Of a stretch of 64,000 nt of DNA, positions 13,690-26,790 are shown piece by piece. Origin of the DNA: Octopus sinensis. Lineage: Eukaryota. A program made the position numbers and the translations under genes. A model generated the notes under the pieces. The model was not told the origin of the DNA. It saw only the letters and a list, made by a program, of their open reading frames with translations, and did not search any database. The stretch is taken from positions 6,200,001-6,264,000 of the forward strand of contig NC_043003.1 of assembly GCF_006345805.1 (NCBI RefSeq). Reading direction: 5' to 3'. Positions within the stretch are counted from its first letter, which is position 1. Each line of letters begins with the position of its first letter.

Positions 13690-13976
13690 TATAATTGTGC
13701 ATATGTATATGTTTATATAATATATATTATATATACATACACACATATACACATGATAAAGTATATACAATAATGTATACTCACTGCAACTGTCTATAAT
13801 ATCTGCATATAACTCTCTCACCTCTCACCTCTCACATTTCTCTCTCTATCTATATATTTATATTTATATATATATATATATATATTAATATATATATTTG
13901 TCTATTAACATTGTTATATGCTATGTATATATATTACATATACTATATATAGATATACCTATATATATATATATAT

Positions 13977-14017
<41 letters not shown>

Positions 14018-14260
14018 GTGAGAGATCTATATATATAGATATACATATATATATCTATATATGTATGTATTATAACATTATATAAATACATATATATATA
14101 TATATAATCCACCCAGATTTGATTTTGCTACATACACATACATACATACACACACACACATACATACACACACACATACACACACACATACATACACACA
14201 TACATACACACACACATACATACAAACATTCATACATACAGGTAGATATACAGATTGATA
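13030..14260. repeat. Compound (TA)n/(TG)n/(CA)n microsatellite block
   Basis: Direct inspection. Confidence 0.95.
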
Positions 14261-14984
14261 TACCCGCACGTACATACGTGTGTTTCTTTAAAATACCGGA
14301 TGGAAATATTGTTTTTTTCCCAAACTCAATGGGTCTGCCATTGCTATTTTCTGTTCAATAAGACCAAGCAAATGTATTTATATCATTTATATTCGTATAC
14401 ATGCTGGAACTCATGCACAAACATATACACATAAGATAGAGGAGCACACACGTGCCTATGCGCGCGTATGTCTGCATATGTGACGTCATCTCGGTGCACA
14501 GATTTGCATGTGTTACTATATATCTCGTCGGCTTTCTTCAATAATTTTGTTTTGTATTTGCAAGTACCTGAGTGTATGTATGCTTGTATTTATATGCGTT
14601 TGCGGGAGCAGGTATACATATATATTTATACGTACGTACATACATAAGTACACACATACACACACACACACACACACGTGCTCATGTATATGTATGATTG
14701 TGTGTGAGGGTTGTGTGTATTTTTGAGTTTTAGGGTACTTTCATCTCTATATGAATATGTATGTAACTACAAGCACCATGTACGTTATAAATGTAAGCAC
14801 TGGTTTCATATATATATATATATATTAAAAGGTATTACACTAGCGGTGTCCCAGCATGACCACAGCCTTAGGACTGAAACATTAAAGAATTAAATAATAT
14901 ATATATAAATATACACACCCATACACACAGAGGGGAAGAGAGAAGGGAGACGGAGATATATATATATATATAAACTTAGATAAA

Positions 14985-15045
14985 CTTAGATGTTTCGACC
15001 AAAGATTGATCCAGGCCATGTCTAACTTAATAGCACCACCTGATA
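14985..15045 (-). mobile_element. Isolated 3' terminus of the CR1-group LINE family
   Basis: Reverse complement caggtggtgctattaagttagacatggcctgg matches the 3' UTR at about 24968-25000 and 54228-54260. Confidence 0.8.
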
Positions 15046-15127
15046 GGATTATTTGAATCCTGTTTAATGAGAACAGAGAGATAAATGGTAGATAATTATT
15101 TATTAATTAAAAAATTAGACAACGTCT

Positions 15128-15206
15128 CTGACAGCTGTTTCGATTCCAGACCTTTACAAATTAATTACCAAAATTAAAACCATTTAAAAGTCGAATCTCA
15201 TCACAG
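15128..15206 (-). ncRNA. Decayed hammerhead (C3 to G) in the presumed PLE 3' terminal repeat
   Basis: Minus strand: ct-GTGATGA-GATTC..GAATC-GAAAC-agct-GTC-ag; perfect 5-bp stem II, palindromic stem III ACAGCTGT. Confidence 0.65.
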
Positions 15207-15639
15207 TTGACCAAAGATATACAATTACGTGTTCAATTGCTGTGTGTTTGGTATATGGCTCCAAAACGTTGACTGATAAAATCTATAAATATAAAGAACA
15301 TGTTATAAGCCTTACAAAGGGGAAGAAGGTAGTGTATTTATTGGAGTTATAATAAAAAATAAGAATAGAGCAGCATAATCTTGTAGGTTGTTAAGTGAAA
15401 GAAAATGCGAAAGTAGGTATATGGGTATAATTGCAATATCTTACAATATCATCTGCATCAATACTAATGCATTGGGTAAGTAGTGTGTAGATTGATTTTA
15501 GTAAACAGATAAGATACTAAAATAGAAATTAAGAATTAAAACTGAAATAAAAACAAAATTAGAAATAAGGGGGAACTCCATAAGATAGCTTATAATTAAA
15601 AATTAATTGTGTGTACAACATAATGACAATAGGTGAAGT

Positions 15640-16225
15640 TTTATTCTTTTGCCAAATTCTGAACGCCTTACTTCCCTGGGCATGGATACATTGAAACTCC
15701 GACGTCTGGCAGCTGACTTGGCAGACACCCATAAAATTATTAACCATCTTACAAACAATAACTCTGAGCACCTTTTCAAACTCCACCTGTCTAACACCCA
15801 TGGACATGTTTACAAAGTCAGAAAACAGCACAGCTCCCATGACTTTCGGAAACATTTTTTCACGCTAAGAGTTGCTGAAGCATGGAACAAACTGCTGGCA
15901 TCAGTTGTTAGTTGTCGGAGCACTGCATCCTTCAAAACTTCCATGCTTCCTGAGATCCGCCAACACTACACCTGATTTTCTCCCTTCCATACACACGCAA
16001 GCATGTATCTGACTCATACACTGCATCCTTCAAAAGTTCCATACTTCCTGAGATCCGCCAACACTACATCTGATTTTCTCCCCTCCATACACACGCAAAC
16101 ATGTATCTGCCTCATACACTGTTCGCTTTCCAGACATTTGTACATTACTGCATATGCTTTATACGCACTTTTGACAAGTTGTGGTGCACCTGAGCACTGT
16201 ATACAATAATTTCATTATTATTATA
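15640..16225 (+). mobile_element. CR1-type LINE 3' fragment with a 98-bp internal tandem duplication
   Basis: ORF 15649-15975 is nearly identical to 11239-11532; duplication 15921-16018/16019-16116. Confidence 0.88.
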
Positions 16226-16369
16226 TTATAATACAACGTAATATAATATAATAAAAATAAAATACTATAGAGGTGAAAAAGCAAGAAGCCTAAATAAAAT
16301 AAAGTAACTTAGTAACATTATGATAGAGTATGTTATTGCGTAGTCAAGTGATAGTTTGTCTTTATGTAA

Positions 16370-16798
16370 CTAGAAACATTAACAGAATGCAATACAGGGC
16401 AAATGTATATAAATATTAGTAATACGGGGCAAATGTATATAAATATTAGTAATACGGGGCAAATGTATATAAATATTAGTAACTATGACCCGGCAACGCC
16501 GGGTCATAGTGCTAGTGCATACATATACAGCTGCGTGCGTGCGCAAATACACGCGAGTACTGTCCAAATCTCCGACCGATCACATACAGCTAGCTGGCAT
16601 TCAATTGGCGTATCAAGTTTCGGGCATTTTGATTGGGTTTTGGATAGAAAATTCACAAAAATGTCACTTCTATTGAATTTTAATGCCTTTGCGCGGTGAC
16701 TGGGGAAATGTAAAGGTATGCACGACCATCCTTGGACGGTTTTGAATGACCATAGAAAGTGCGAGCCCTCTAACTGAAAAATTGTGGATTTGTATAAA

Positions 16799-16832
<34 letters not shown>

Positions 16833-16857
16833 TTTGCCGTTTATATATAGAGAGATT
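16370..16857. mobile_element. Helitron/Helentron-like non-autonomous element
   Basis: 12-bp hairpin actatgacccgg-caacg-ccgggtcatagt (16482-16510) followed by gCTAGt; 3x30-bp tandem repeat (16391-16480); other end reads ATCTCTCTATATATAAAC on the minus strand next to (CA)n. Confidence 0.55.
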
Positions 16858-18089
16858 AATTTAGTGAAGACATTTTAAACGATTTGTTACACTTAGTATC
16901 ATAGAGGTTAAATAGTTTAAAAGATGTGAGAACTTAATGCTACGGCTGATTAATATGTATTTTATTATTATACATGGTTACGCTTGAGTATTTATTAATT
17001 TTAAAATTGTTAGAATCAGATATTATAATTGGTACGCTGAAAAAATAGAATATTTTAAAAATAGAAATAAAATAAAATAAAATAACTCATAGTCTATCAC
17101 CTCTAATACTAATATTAAGCTGGACAAATAAAGACAAGTAAAGAACTATTGGTCAGAAAAATATTTAATTTTCAGCGTTGCCCAAGAAAAGTACCGGAAA
17201 TAAATATGGTGAAAGAAAATATTTCAGGTTAAAATCATAAATAAGGGAGAACATCCATGCTTATATAAAAAAATAAGGGCATAAAGTGGGGTCAATATAT
17301 CAGGATAATTAAACTTATTATTAGAAGTGTTTAAATAGGTTGTCTTCCAAACCGGAAGTAAATAAAGTTATCAAGCATGAGAGAAAGAAATACAAAGGGG
17401 GGTAATTTAAGAATATAACATGAATAGGCATAAACAAGTAAATAGAAATTGCTAATCAAGGGGAGGTAATAAATTAATGGAACTAACCAAAATAGGTTAT
17501 AGAAATTAGTGAAAGAGATCTACACAGAAAAATTAATTAATTGATTAAATAAATAAATAAGTTAACCTTAGAATTAAATAAAAAGGCTAGATAAAATTAA
17601 AATATACATCTATATAAATTAGTGTATTATGAGACAAGTGCAAGGTATATTGTAAATATATTGTTTATTTATAAGGTATGTGAATTTATAGCTATGAAAT
17701 GTTAAAGTATCCATCTAAGAAACTGGAAGAAACCAAATGGGTAGTCATGTAAAGAAAGGCTAGATAAGAAAAGAAAATATAAGTTAGTGTATTATGAGAT
17801 AGGTGTATGGTATAATATAAGCAGATTGTGTATATAAATTATATGGAGTTAAAACCATATAAAAGTTAAAGTATTAAGCCAAGTAATAGGAAGAAGCTAA
17901 AATGTATAGTTGTATAAATATAAATAAATATACATGGTTAGAAAAAAATATGGTGGGAGGAACAATAAAGAAGGGTTCAAAATCAATATAGTGTCAAAAA
18001 AAGGGGACAAACTGATAAACAAGTTAATCCTGAATATTAGTAAAAGGAATAACTAAATATTTCTTTATTATATTTTTAAAATACAAATT

Positions 18090-19245
18090 TGGATGTGTGG
18101 ATGCAAGAAATGTTGCGCTCATCTCAAAAGTTAAGAATAGGGTATTTTGCAGAGAGAATGAAAAATTTCTCATTTAAACATAAAAATATTTTTTCTTGTT
18201 AATTTGATAAGGTACAGAGGTTAATATCTCCCATTTTAAAGCATAATGTATATTCCTATCTTTTAACTCCCAAATAAATTTACCTAGCCCTGTAAAGTTA
18301 GATGTATGTTTATTCCTAAAAGTATAGATGAGCTGCTTAACGTTTCTTAATTTCATTTTGCGTGGCACCGATATACGAATTATTTGTTTCTAAAGCTGTT
18401 ATCGTACATTGATATGTTACGCTTTTTCACTTGCATGCGTTCTTAAGTAAGAAATTATTCTTAACTCTGAAATAAGTTATTAGATAAATTATTAATATTA
18501 GGAATATTAAGTAAATGAACCCTATTAGAAGTACTGGTGCTGTTCTGCATGAACGCACAATTTAAAGGAGTATTATTATTACTCTATGCGGATTAATCAT
18601 GGAGGGATTAAGAATATTATTATCACTATTATTGCTATTAGAAGTACTTCTATTCAAGTAGAATATGTCTAATTTCTTATTATTCATAGCAGATATAATA
18701 GATGCAAGGTTATAGGTTAAACTATACCCAATATTAATAATTTTATTATTAATAATTTCATGGTATTTATTGTTATTATTAAAATGTTAATTAATTTTAG
18801 AAGAATAGATTTTATCAAGTCGCTCTTAATTTGCTTTGCGAAAGGTAGTATCAACCATATATTATTATCAGATAAGTCAGTATTGTCATTAATAATGGGA
18901 GTATTATTGCCTGTTATGTATTTATTTGATATGTATTTAGTTCTCTCATCAGGTGTGATTTCCTTTATTTTCATATTCTTACTGCAGTCTTGCTTGGTAT
19001 TCGTTATATTTAAGTTTCTGAACTTGCTTTTACTATTATTATTTATATTATATTTATTTTGTATCAATTATTATTTATCAATTATTGCAATTTTATTATT
19101 TTTATTATTTTTATATAAGTTTTTCTTATAGTTAGTATTTATTCCTTTCAGATTATTATTAGTGTTATGGTTATTATATAAATAATTAGCTTTTATACTA
19201 GGGTTATTTCTATTTGTATTCTTATATATTATATTATTATTATTA

Positions 19246-19287
<42 letters not shown>

Positions 19288-20045
19288 CATTATTATGGAA
19301 AGTATTTTATTTAATTCTTATCGGCATTAGCTGAAACTATGTTATATTGGTCTTTATGCTTATTAAATATTTCTTCATTAGGGGTTAGGTAAGATATTCT
19401 TCAAATATTTTTAATTAATGCATTTTTCGTTGAAGTTGGATGATTGTTTTGGTATGTATGCATTTAATATCGGAGTTAGGTTTTTTGAAAGGTTCATGAA
19501 GGCCTGTTGCTAAATTAACATTAACATCTAAGAAATTTATGAAGTTATATTCTCTCTCAATTGTGATTGTAAGGCCAAATCTCTTAAGGAATTTATATAG
19601 CCGTTTTTTAATTAGTTCCATACGTCTATTAGAGACGTTTTTTTTTTTACAGTGATTAACACATCGTCCCTATATAATCCACCCCAACCTCTGGGAATCC
19701 CGTATATAGAATAGATAGACGATAAATTCCTAAGTCAGTGAGTTCGGCCGAGACGGGAGATCCCATAGTTACATTAAACGGTCAGGAGTAACTTTCCTGG
19801 CCCATAGTTTGTCAAATTCCATAATTGATCTACGTGCAGTGAGAATAACATCAATTTCCTTCATTGAAATATTCGTATATTTTCTTGCAGATAAGAGAGC
19901 GTTGTTTAGTACAGTAAGACTTCTAGAAGAATAGCAATTTTCAATATCAATATGCTAAAATCTATATTTGCCTTCATGCTGAATATTAGAAAACCAAATT
20001 AATGCACTCTGTGTGTTAGACCATAATTCCAAAGTTATTCTATAT
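18090..20045 (-). mobile_element. Penelope-like element: decayed RT + GIY-YIG endonuclease ORF
   Basis: Minus-strand frames give WSNTQSALIWFSNI..DIENCYSS, FNVTMGS, GLYRDD (19663-80), GLTITIE..FLDVNVNL..PFKKPN, then SVTYQCTI..SYIGAT, FIWELK..LKWEIL; many stops and frameshifts; AT-rich 3' region continues to about 15060. Confidence 0.88.
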
Positions 20046-20662
20046 ATATTTATATATATATATATATATATATATAAGCAATAATAAATCTCTGAACGAG
20101 GTATAGACAGTAACTGCACGACATTGTGAAGTATATTTGCCATCTAAATGTGGCTAACAACTAAGGGTGGATGTTACTGTAGCTTGTAGCCCCAGGAGAA
20201 CATCTTCTCCAGCTGGCTATTGACATACTTTCTGTGCCCTATCGGTATTTGCAAAGGGAAGCCACTCTTCTCATCGTCGACCTACGTGATACGCATGGAC
20301 CCGGGTTTCTGGATATATATATACTTGTTATGGTTGTTATTATTGATAACTTCTAGAAGCCTTTTAATCAATGACAATCCATGCATGACCCCTTCATCTC
20401 TTTTTTCAGACGTAGTATATCTAGGACTACAACATTCAATATGTACGTTATTTATTTGAAAGGTGTCACAACTTATTTATGGATTGATTTAGAACTGATC
20501 AGTAAATTTCGATCGACGACAACTGTACGGAAGCCTATCGACGGGATTGTTTCCCTATTTCAATGGATGAACTCATCACTCGTTCTGTTGATGTGGTTTC
20601 TCCTTAAGAATCTAGTAAACTATACAAGCATTTGTGGAATAGGAAAATATTTATTGGTTAAT

Positions 20663-21070
20663 TGAGGAGTGGCTGTGTGGTAAGTAGCTTGCTAACCAAC
20701 CACATGGTTCCGGCTTCAGTCCCGCTGTGTGGCATCTTGGGCAAGTGTCTTCTGCTATAGACCCAGGCCGACCAATGCCTTGTGAGTGGATTTGGTAGAC
20801 GGAAACTGAAAGAAGCCTGTCGTATATATGTATATATATATGTGTGTGTGTGTGTGTTTGTGTGTCTATGTTTGTCCCTCTAGCATTGCTTGACAACCGA
20901 TGCTGGTGTGTTTACGTCCCCGTCACTTGGCGGTTCGGCAAAGGAGACCTATAGAATAAGTACTGGGCTTACAAAGAATAAGTCCCGGGGTCGATTTGCT
21001 CGACTAAAGGCGGTGCTCCAGCATGGCCGCGGTCAAATGACTGAAACAAGTAAAAGAGTAAAAGAGTAAG
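20663..21070 (+). mobile_element. SINE (family 3, with internal TA/TG microsatellite)
   Basis: ggagtggctgtgtggtaag..ttgggcaagtgtcttct..ggcggtgctccagcatggccgc..gaaacaagtaaaaga; copies at 44105-44955, 52960-53310 and 61712-62048. Confidence 0.88.
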
Positions 21071-22363
21071 TAAGTTGTCCTTTTGATCATCATTGAAATC
21101 GACGGAGAACCTTTGTTTTCTGTGGCTTTTTTTCTGATTTGATTTGAATGATTTTACTAGCAGTTTACTGCAAAAATGTTTCCTATATGATATTTAACCC
21201 TGGGTTGGCCATCCATTTTTGATCAGAATGTAAAGGCGCAAATTGAAGTGATCGTGCTTTCATAAGTGTATGAAACATATCTGGGGATCTGCTGTTGCAT
21301 TTATACTTTTATTTCTTATCAGTACAAAGAATATATGCATACACAACTGTAGCGACAGAGATGTAATTAGCAGGAGTCGGAAGGAATTTGGGAAGAAAAT
21401 ATGTTAATGATTGGAAAAATACTGATAAATCTGAAAATATTAATAAAGACATATTTTTGAATAATTTCCTCAGCAGACCCATTGAACTTGTGGGCAGGCT
21501 GATTCCCATGTGAAAACTAACAGAAAAGCATATTAAAGCCATTCATAAACCATAAAAACAATCTATAAACTGTAACAAAAAACAATTTTATAGGCCATAA
21601 AAATTTATAAGTCATAAAAGATTTATAAGCCATCAAAAAAAATCTATAAGTCCTAAGAAAAACGAGAGACAGCATAGATAAAAATAAATCACAAAGTAAT
21701 TGCACATATTGTTAATGTGGCTGGCAAGATAAGTTTAATTAATCAATACAATAACCGTATTGAACATTGCATAAATCAAGCAAACAAAGGATGAATGCGA
21801 CAACACAGAATCAAAAAAGAAATGGTCTTTCTTTGAAACGGGTTAACGTAGCGAAATCTGAATTAATTAAAACTGAGAGTAGACAGTGACGATGGAGAAG
21901 AAGAATTTGAGATTTAACAGACAGGCGCAGGTAATTCCGAACATGTTTCGTTTTTATGTGACCTCCTCAAAATAATAGTATGTTGAATCATCGTAAAGTC
22001 TTTATACTATTATAATTTTCGCAATTCTGTTTCTATAAAAGACTGAGCTAATGTGTGAAAATTATTTAGAAACTTGTGGTTTATGTCATTTCGTTTATCA
22101 AAATATTATTTCAATTATTTATTAAATACTTAAAAATTAATTATCAAATCGACTTTGTTTTATGAAGACATATATGTAAAAGCAGCTGTTTATTTATCTT
22201 CGCTTCGTCTAAAGACGCTTTGTAAGGTCAAATATGATTAATGGAATTAAGAATAGAGGGATCATTAATACAGGGTAAAGCTAAAAACAGTCAACAACGC
22301 GAATTTCAGAAACTTTAGAAACGCCATTATAGTGTATATATAAAATATATATATATCCGTGTA

Positions 22364-22409
<46 letters not shown>

Positions 22410-22415
<6 letters not shown>

Positions 22416-22501
22416 ATGTCTATATATATATATATCTATATATATATATATTTGTATGTAATGTCTATATATATATATATATATACATTGCATATATGTA
22501 A

Positions 22502-22559
<58 letters not shown>

Positions 22560-22715
22560 GATATACACTACATATATGTAATATCTATCTATCTATTATA
22601 TATATATTATATATATATATTATATATACATATACATATATACATACATACATACATATACATTACATATACGTAATGTCTAAATATATACATAGATATG
22701 CATTACATTTATGTA

Positions 22716-22754
<39 letters not shown>

Positions 22755-23050
22755 CATTACATATACGTAATGTCTATACATATATATATACATTACATAT
22801 ATGTAATGTCTATATATATGCATTGCATATATGTAATGTCTATACATATATATATACATTATATATATGTAATGTCTATATATATATATACATTACATAT
22901 ATGTAATGTCTATATATATATATATATACATTACATATATGTAATGTCTAAATATATACATAAATATACATTACATATATGTAATGTCTATATATATATA
23001 TATATACATACATACATACATACATATATATTACATATATGTAATGTATA
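22410..23050. repeat. Minisatellite of about 14 palindromic units ACATTACATATATGTAATGT separated by (TA)n
   Basis: The 20-nt core equals its own reverse complement; variant units visible throughout. Confidence 0.85.
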
Positions 23051-23069
23051 TATATATACATATATATAT

Positions 23070-25036
23070 ATACAACAATGCATGAAGACCCTCATCAATA
23101 ACCAAAGATCAGCTGAGGAGAAGTGGGCCATTGAAAAGATCAAACTCAACCCCAAAGTGTTCTTTTCACTCGCGAGGAAACACAAGGTCACTGTCTCCAT
23201 TGTTGGCCCACTAATTGATGAAACTGGCACTCTCCAAGATAATGCCAAATCCATGGCCGAGATACTGCAGAAACAATACTGCTCTGTTTTCAGCAATCCT
23301 GATATGGCCGATCTGGGCTGTATCAGTGATGTCAACCCCCAACACACTATATCGGACATAACGTTTGGTGCCCCTGATGTCTTAGCGGCGATAAACGAAA
23401 TAAAACACAATTCAGCAGTAGGCCCCGATAGGTTCCCTGCTTTTGTCCTGAAGGTGTGTCGACACCAACTTGCATCTCCCCTTGCTAATCTGTGGAGAAA
23501 CTCACTGGATGCTGGCTATATTCCAAAAAACCTTCTGTCCCAGTCTGTTGTCCCAGTTTTCAAAAAGGGAAACAAGTCCCTTGCAGTGAACTACCGTCCG
23601 TTCACTCACCTCTCATATCATCAAGGTATTTGAGAGGGTGGTGAGATCTCGAATAACCCAATTTCTGGAAAGCAACAGACGGCTGATCTCTAACCAACAT
23701 GGGTTCCGTAATGGAAGGGACTGCCTAACGCAGCTCCTGCATCACTTTGATGACATTTTGAGAGCTTTGGGAGAGGGCTCCAACACCGATGTCATCTACC
23801 TTGATTTCAGTAAGGCCTTCGACAGGGTTGATCACAAGATCCTATTGAAAAAACTATCCAACATTGGTGTCTCTGGAAAGTTACTGAAATGGATCAAGTG
23901 TTTCCTGACAGACAGATCTCAACATGTTGTAGTTGAAGGTGTAAAATCAAGCCCAGCCAAAGTCAGTAGTGGCGTTCCGCAAGGCACTGTGCTGGGCCCA
24001 CTTCTTTTCATCATCTACATTAATGACATTAATGACATCATCAAGCACAGCAACATAAAAATCTTTGCAGATGATTCCAAGCTACAGAAGGTCATAAATG
24101 AGGCGAGTGACCGGACATGCCTTCAGTCAGATCTACTGGCTGTCATCCAATGGGCATAAAAAAAACAATATGCTGCTGAACGAGGATAAATTTGAGTTAA
24201 TCCACTTTGGAAAAGATGATGCCCTGAAACTCCCATACTCCCTTCCTTCAGGTGAAACTCTCGTGGCATCCAACAACATCAGAGACTTTGGAGTAATTGT
24301 GGACAACAACATAAGCTGGGCCACTCATATAAACACCAAAGTTCACATGGCCCGCAGAATGTGTTCCTGGATTCTCAGAACTTTCCAGTCGAGAGATATC
24401 CACACCATTATCCTTCTCTTCTCCACTTTTGCCCGACCCCACCTTGAATACTGTTGTCCACTGTGGTCTCCCCACACAAAACAAAGTATCATAAAAGTTG
24501 AAGCACCTCAAAGGGCAATCACAAAATGATAGATGGCATGACAGGCCTCGACTATTGGGGTCGACTACAAAAGCTAAAACTTTATTCTCTCCAACGTCGC
24601 CGTGAGCGCTACATCATCTGCATGATGTGGAAAATATTCCATCAGCATTGCCCAAATGATGTTGGCGTCACCTTTAAGGTACATCCAAGGCGTGGGCCCC
24701 GTGCCATCCGCCCAAAACAAAAATCGCACTCTCATCTCATAACAACAATACGGCACAATTATTTCACCTCAATTGGCCCCGCTCTCTTTAACATTACACC
24801 AAAACACATTAAAACAGAAACAGACCCTATAGGGTTCAAGAAGTCTTTGGACAGATTCCTTCAAGAAATCCCGGATAAACCCCCTACACCCGGATATGTC
24901 TCTGTAAACAATAACTCTCTACTTGAGTGGGCCATAGTGCCCAAATCCTGACTTGAAAGACTTCACCAGGTGGTGCTATTAAGTTAGACATGGCCTGGGC
25001 CAATAATGGCCGAAACCTATCAAAGTATCAAAGTAT
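23070..25036 (+). mobile_element. CR1-group LINE, 5'-truncated, RT domain to 3' end, frameshifted
   Basis: ORF pieces 22698-23633, 23638-24159, 24098-24529 and 24526-24951: QHGFR, YLDFSKAFDRVDH, SGVPQGTVLGPLLF, FADDSK; ends in (CAAAGTAT)2 then (TA)n. Confidence 0.95.
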
Positions 25037-25326
25037 ATATATATATATATATATAATCTTTAAAGGTTTTTTTAATATGCTGGCCATTGATAGAATTTTT
25101 TTCGAAAAATGTTATCCTATATTAGATGTAAATTTAATAGTGTTCACTTCTGGACTCTCTCTCTCTCTCTCTCTATGAAAGTTTTCAGTTCGAATTGTAC
25201 GTGTCTCGAGGTGTGCTGGAGAATTTCTATTTTGGATATATTTGAGGTACTTAATTGTGCTCATGACTTAGTGTTTGCTTCTTCCATGAGTATAAGTAAG
25301 TATTTAATTTATTTCTTTGCCGCATT

Positions 25327-25380
25327 TATCACTGACGAAGAGAAGGTTCTTGTGAATTAACTCTGAAATCGGGTCCGATA
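25327..25380 (+). ncRNA. Hammerhead motif, core intact but stems I/III partly decayed
   Basis: tatca-CTGACGA-AGAG..CTCT-GAAAT-cgg-GTC-cgata. Confidence 0.55.
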
Positions 25381-25661
25381 TGATAATAACGGAATTTTTA
25401 GTGATGAATTATATGTTTATTGACGATGTGTCTACTTTCGGCATATTTGGCATTAGAATTTTTTTTTCTTTTGCCCTTGTTTATAAGTTGTTTATAAATT
25501 TAACCTTTAAAGGTAGTTTTTAATATGCTGGCCATTGATATAATTTTTTTCGAAAAATTTAATCATATATTATATATATACATATATATATATATTATAT
25601 ATATATATCTATATATATATCTATATATATATATTATATATATATATTATATATATATATA

Positions 25662-26790
25662 TTGGGTTGTCCGGAAAGTTTGTGCTGATTTATAGTAGCT
25701 TGCCTTTCGACTTAATTTAGAACATGGTTGAGTCCATAGAATAGGATTTGACTACACCTCCATTTAGAGCACATTTCAATCTATCTTTTCGTGGAAGAAG
25801 GTTTATGTTCCTATAACCTGTGTTAATTCTGTAACTCTTTAAAATGGAAGACAAGTAAGTTCATTTTCGGCACTTGATGCTTTTCTTTTTCCATAAAGGG
25901 AAAACTGCCTCACAAGCAACCAAAGAAATATGCGCAGTTTACGGTGATGTTTCTTTATCCGAAAGAACTGTACGGAAGTGGTTCGCAAGGTTCCGAGCTG
26001 GAGATTGTTGCCTTATTGATAAAGAGCGACCAGGCAAACCATCCACTACAGATGATGACCAAATCAAGTCATTAATTGAGAATAACCCACATTGCGCAAC
26101 CGGAGAATTGGCAGAAAACTTCAACCTACCAAAATACATCATTCGTGAGCATCTGTTAAGGCTTGGGTACACAAATCACTACGATTTTTGGGTGCCACAT
26201 GAGTTGAGTGAGAAGAAATTTTAGATCGCATTTCCATCTATGATTCGCTTTATAAACGGATTGAAAACGCACCTTTTTTTAAGCAAATTGTGACAGGTGA
26301 TGAGAAATGGATTATCTACCGAAATGTTCAGAGAAAGCGATCCTGGAGTAAGCGCCATGAGCCACCCTTAGCCACCCCAAAAGCGGGTCTTCACCCTAAA
26401 AGAGTCTTACTTTGTGTCTGGTGGGATTGGAAAGGAATTCTGTACTATGAGCTTCTCCAAAGTAACCAGACTATTAATTCTGAGAATTCCTGCACACAAC
26501 TGGACAAGTTAAAAGCAGCAATTCAAGAGAAACGTCCAGAATTGGCCAACAGGAAGGGTTTTGTTTTCCAACATGATAGTGCAAGACCGCGCGTTTCTTT
26601 GGGAACCAGACAAAAATTGCTGCAGCTCGGCTGGGATGTGTTACCCCACCCTCCATACTCACCAGATATTGCTCCTTCGGATTTCCACTTATTCAGGTAT
26701 CTGCAGAATAGTCTTAATGGTAAAAGTTTCAATTTCTTGGATGATGTAAAAAGATACCTTGGTGAATTCTTTGCCATGAAACCACCTCAG
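25662..26790 (+). mobile_element. Mariner (DD34D) transposon, 3'-truncated, inactive
   Basis: TA then TIR ttgggttgtccggaaag; ATG 25844, stop 25856, frameshift about 26220; motifs WVPHEL, TGDEKW, HDSARP, YSPDIAPSD with 34-residue D-D spacing; no right TIR. Confidence 0.93.

Noticed and set aside
16391-16480. 3x30-bp direct repeat as a possible CRISPR-like array
   Set aside because: Head-to-tail tandem units with no spacers, in a eukaryotic context
18400-18445. In-frame TGA in the PLE endonuclease as possible selenocysteine
   Set aside because: It falls two codons after a Cys, not at an expected Cys position, and the copy has many other stops and frameshifts
21938-21972. Minus-strand TTGAGGA..GAAAC-AT-GTT hammerhead-like motif
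   Set aside because: C3 is lost and there is no stem I complement
24995-25020. GGCC-aataat-GGCC-GAAAC at the LINE 3' end resembling hammerhead stem II
   Set aside because: No CUGANGA upstream and no GUH; better explained as the LINE 3' stem-loop
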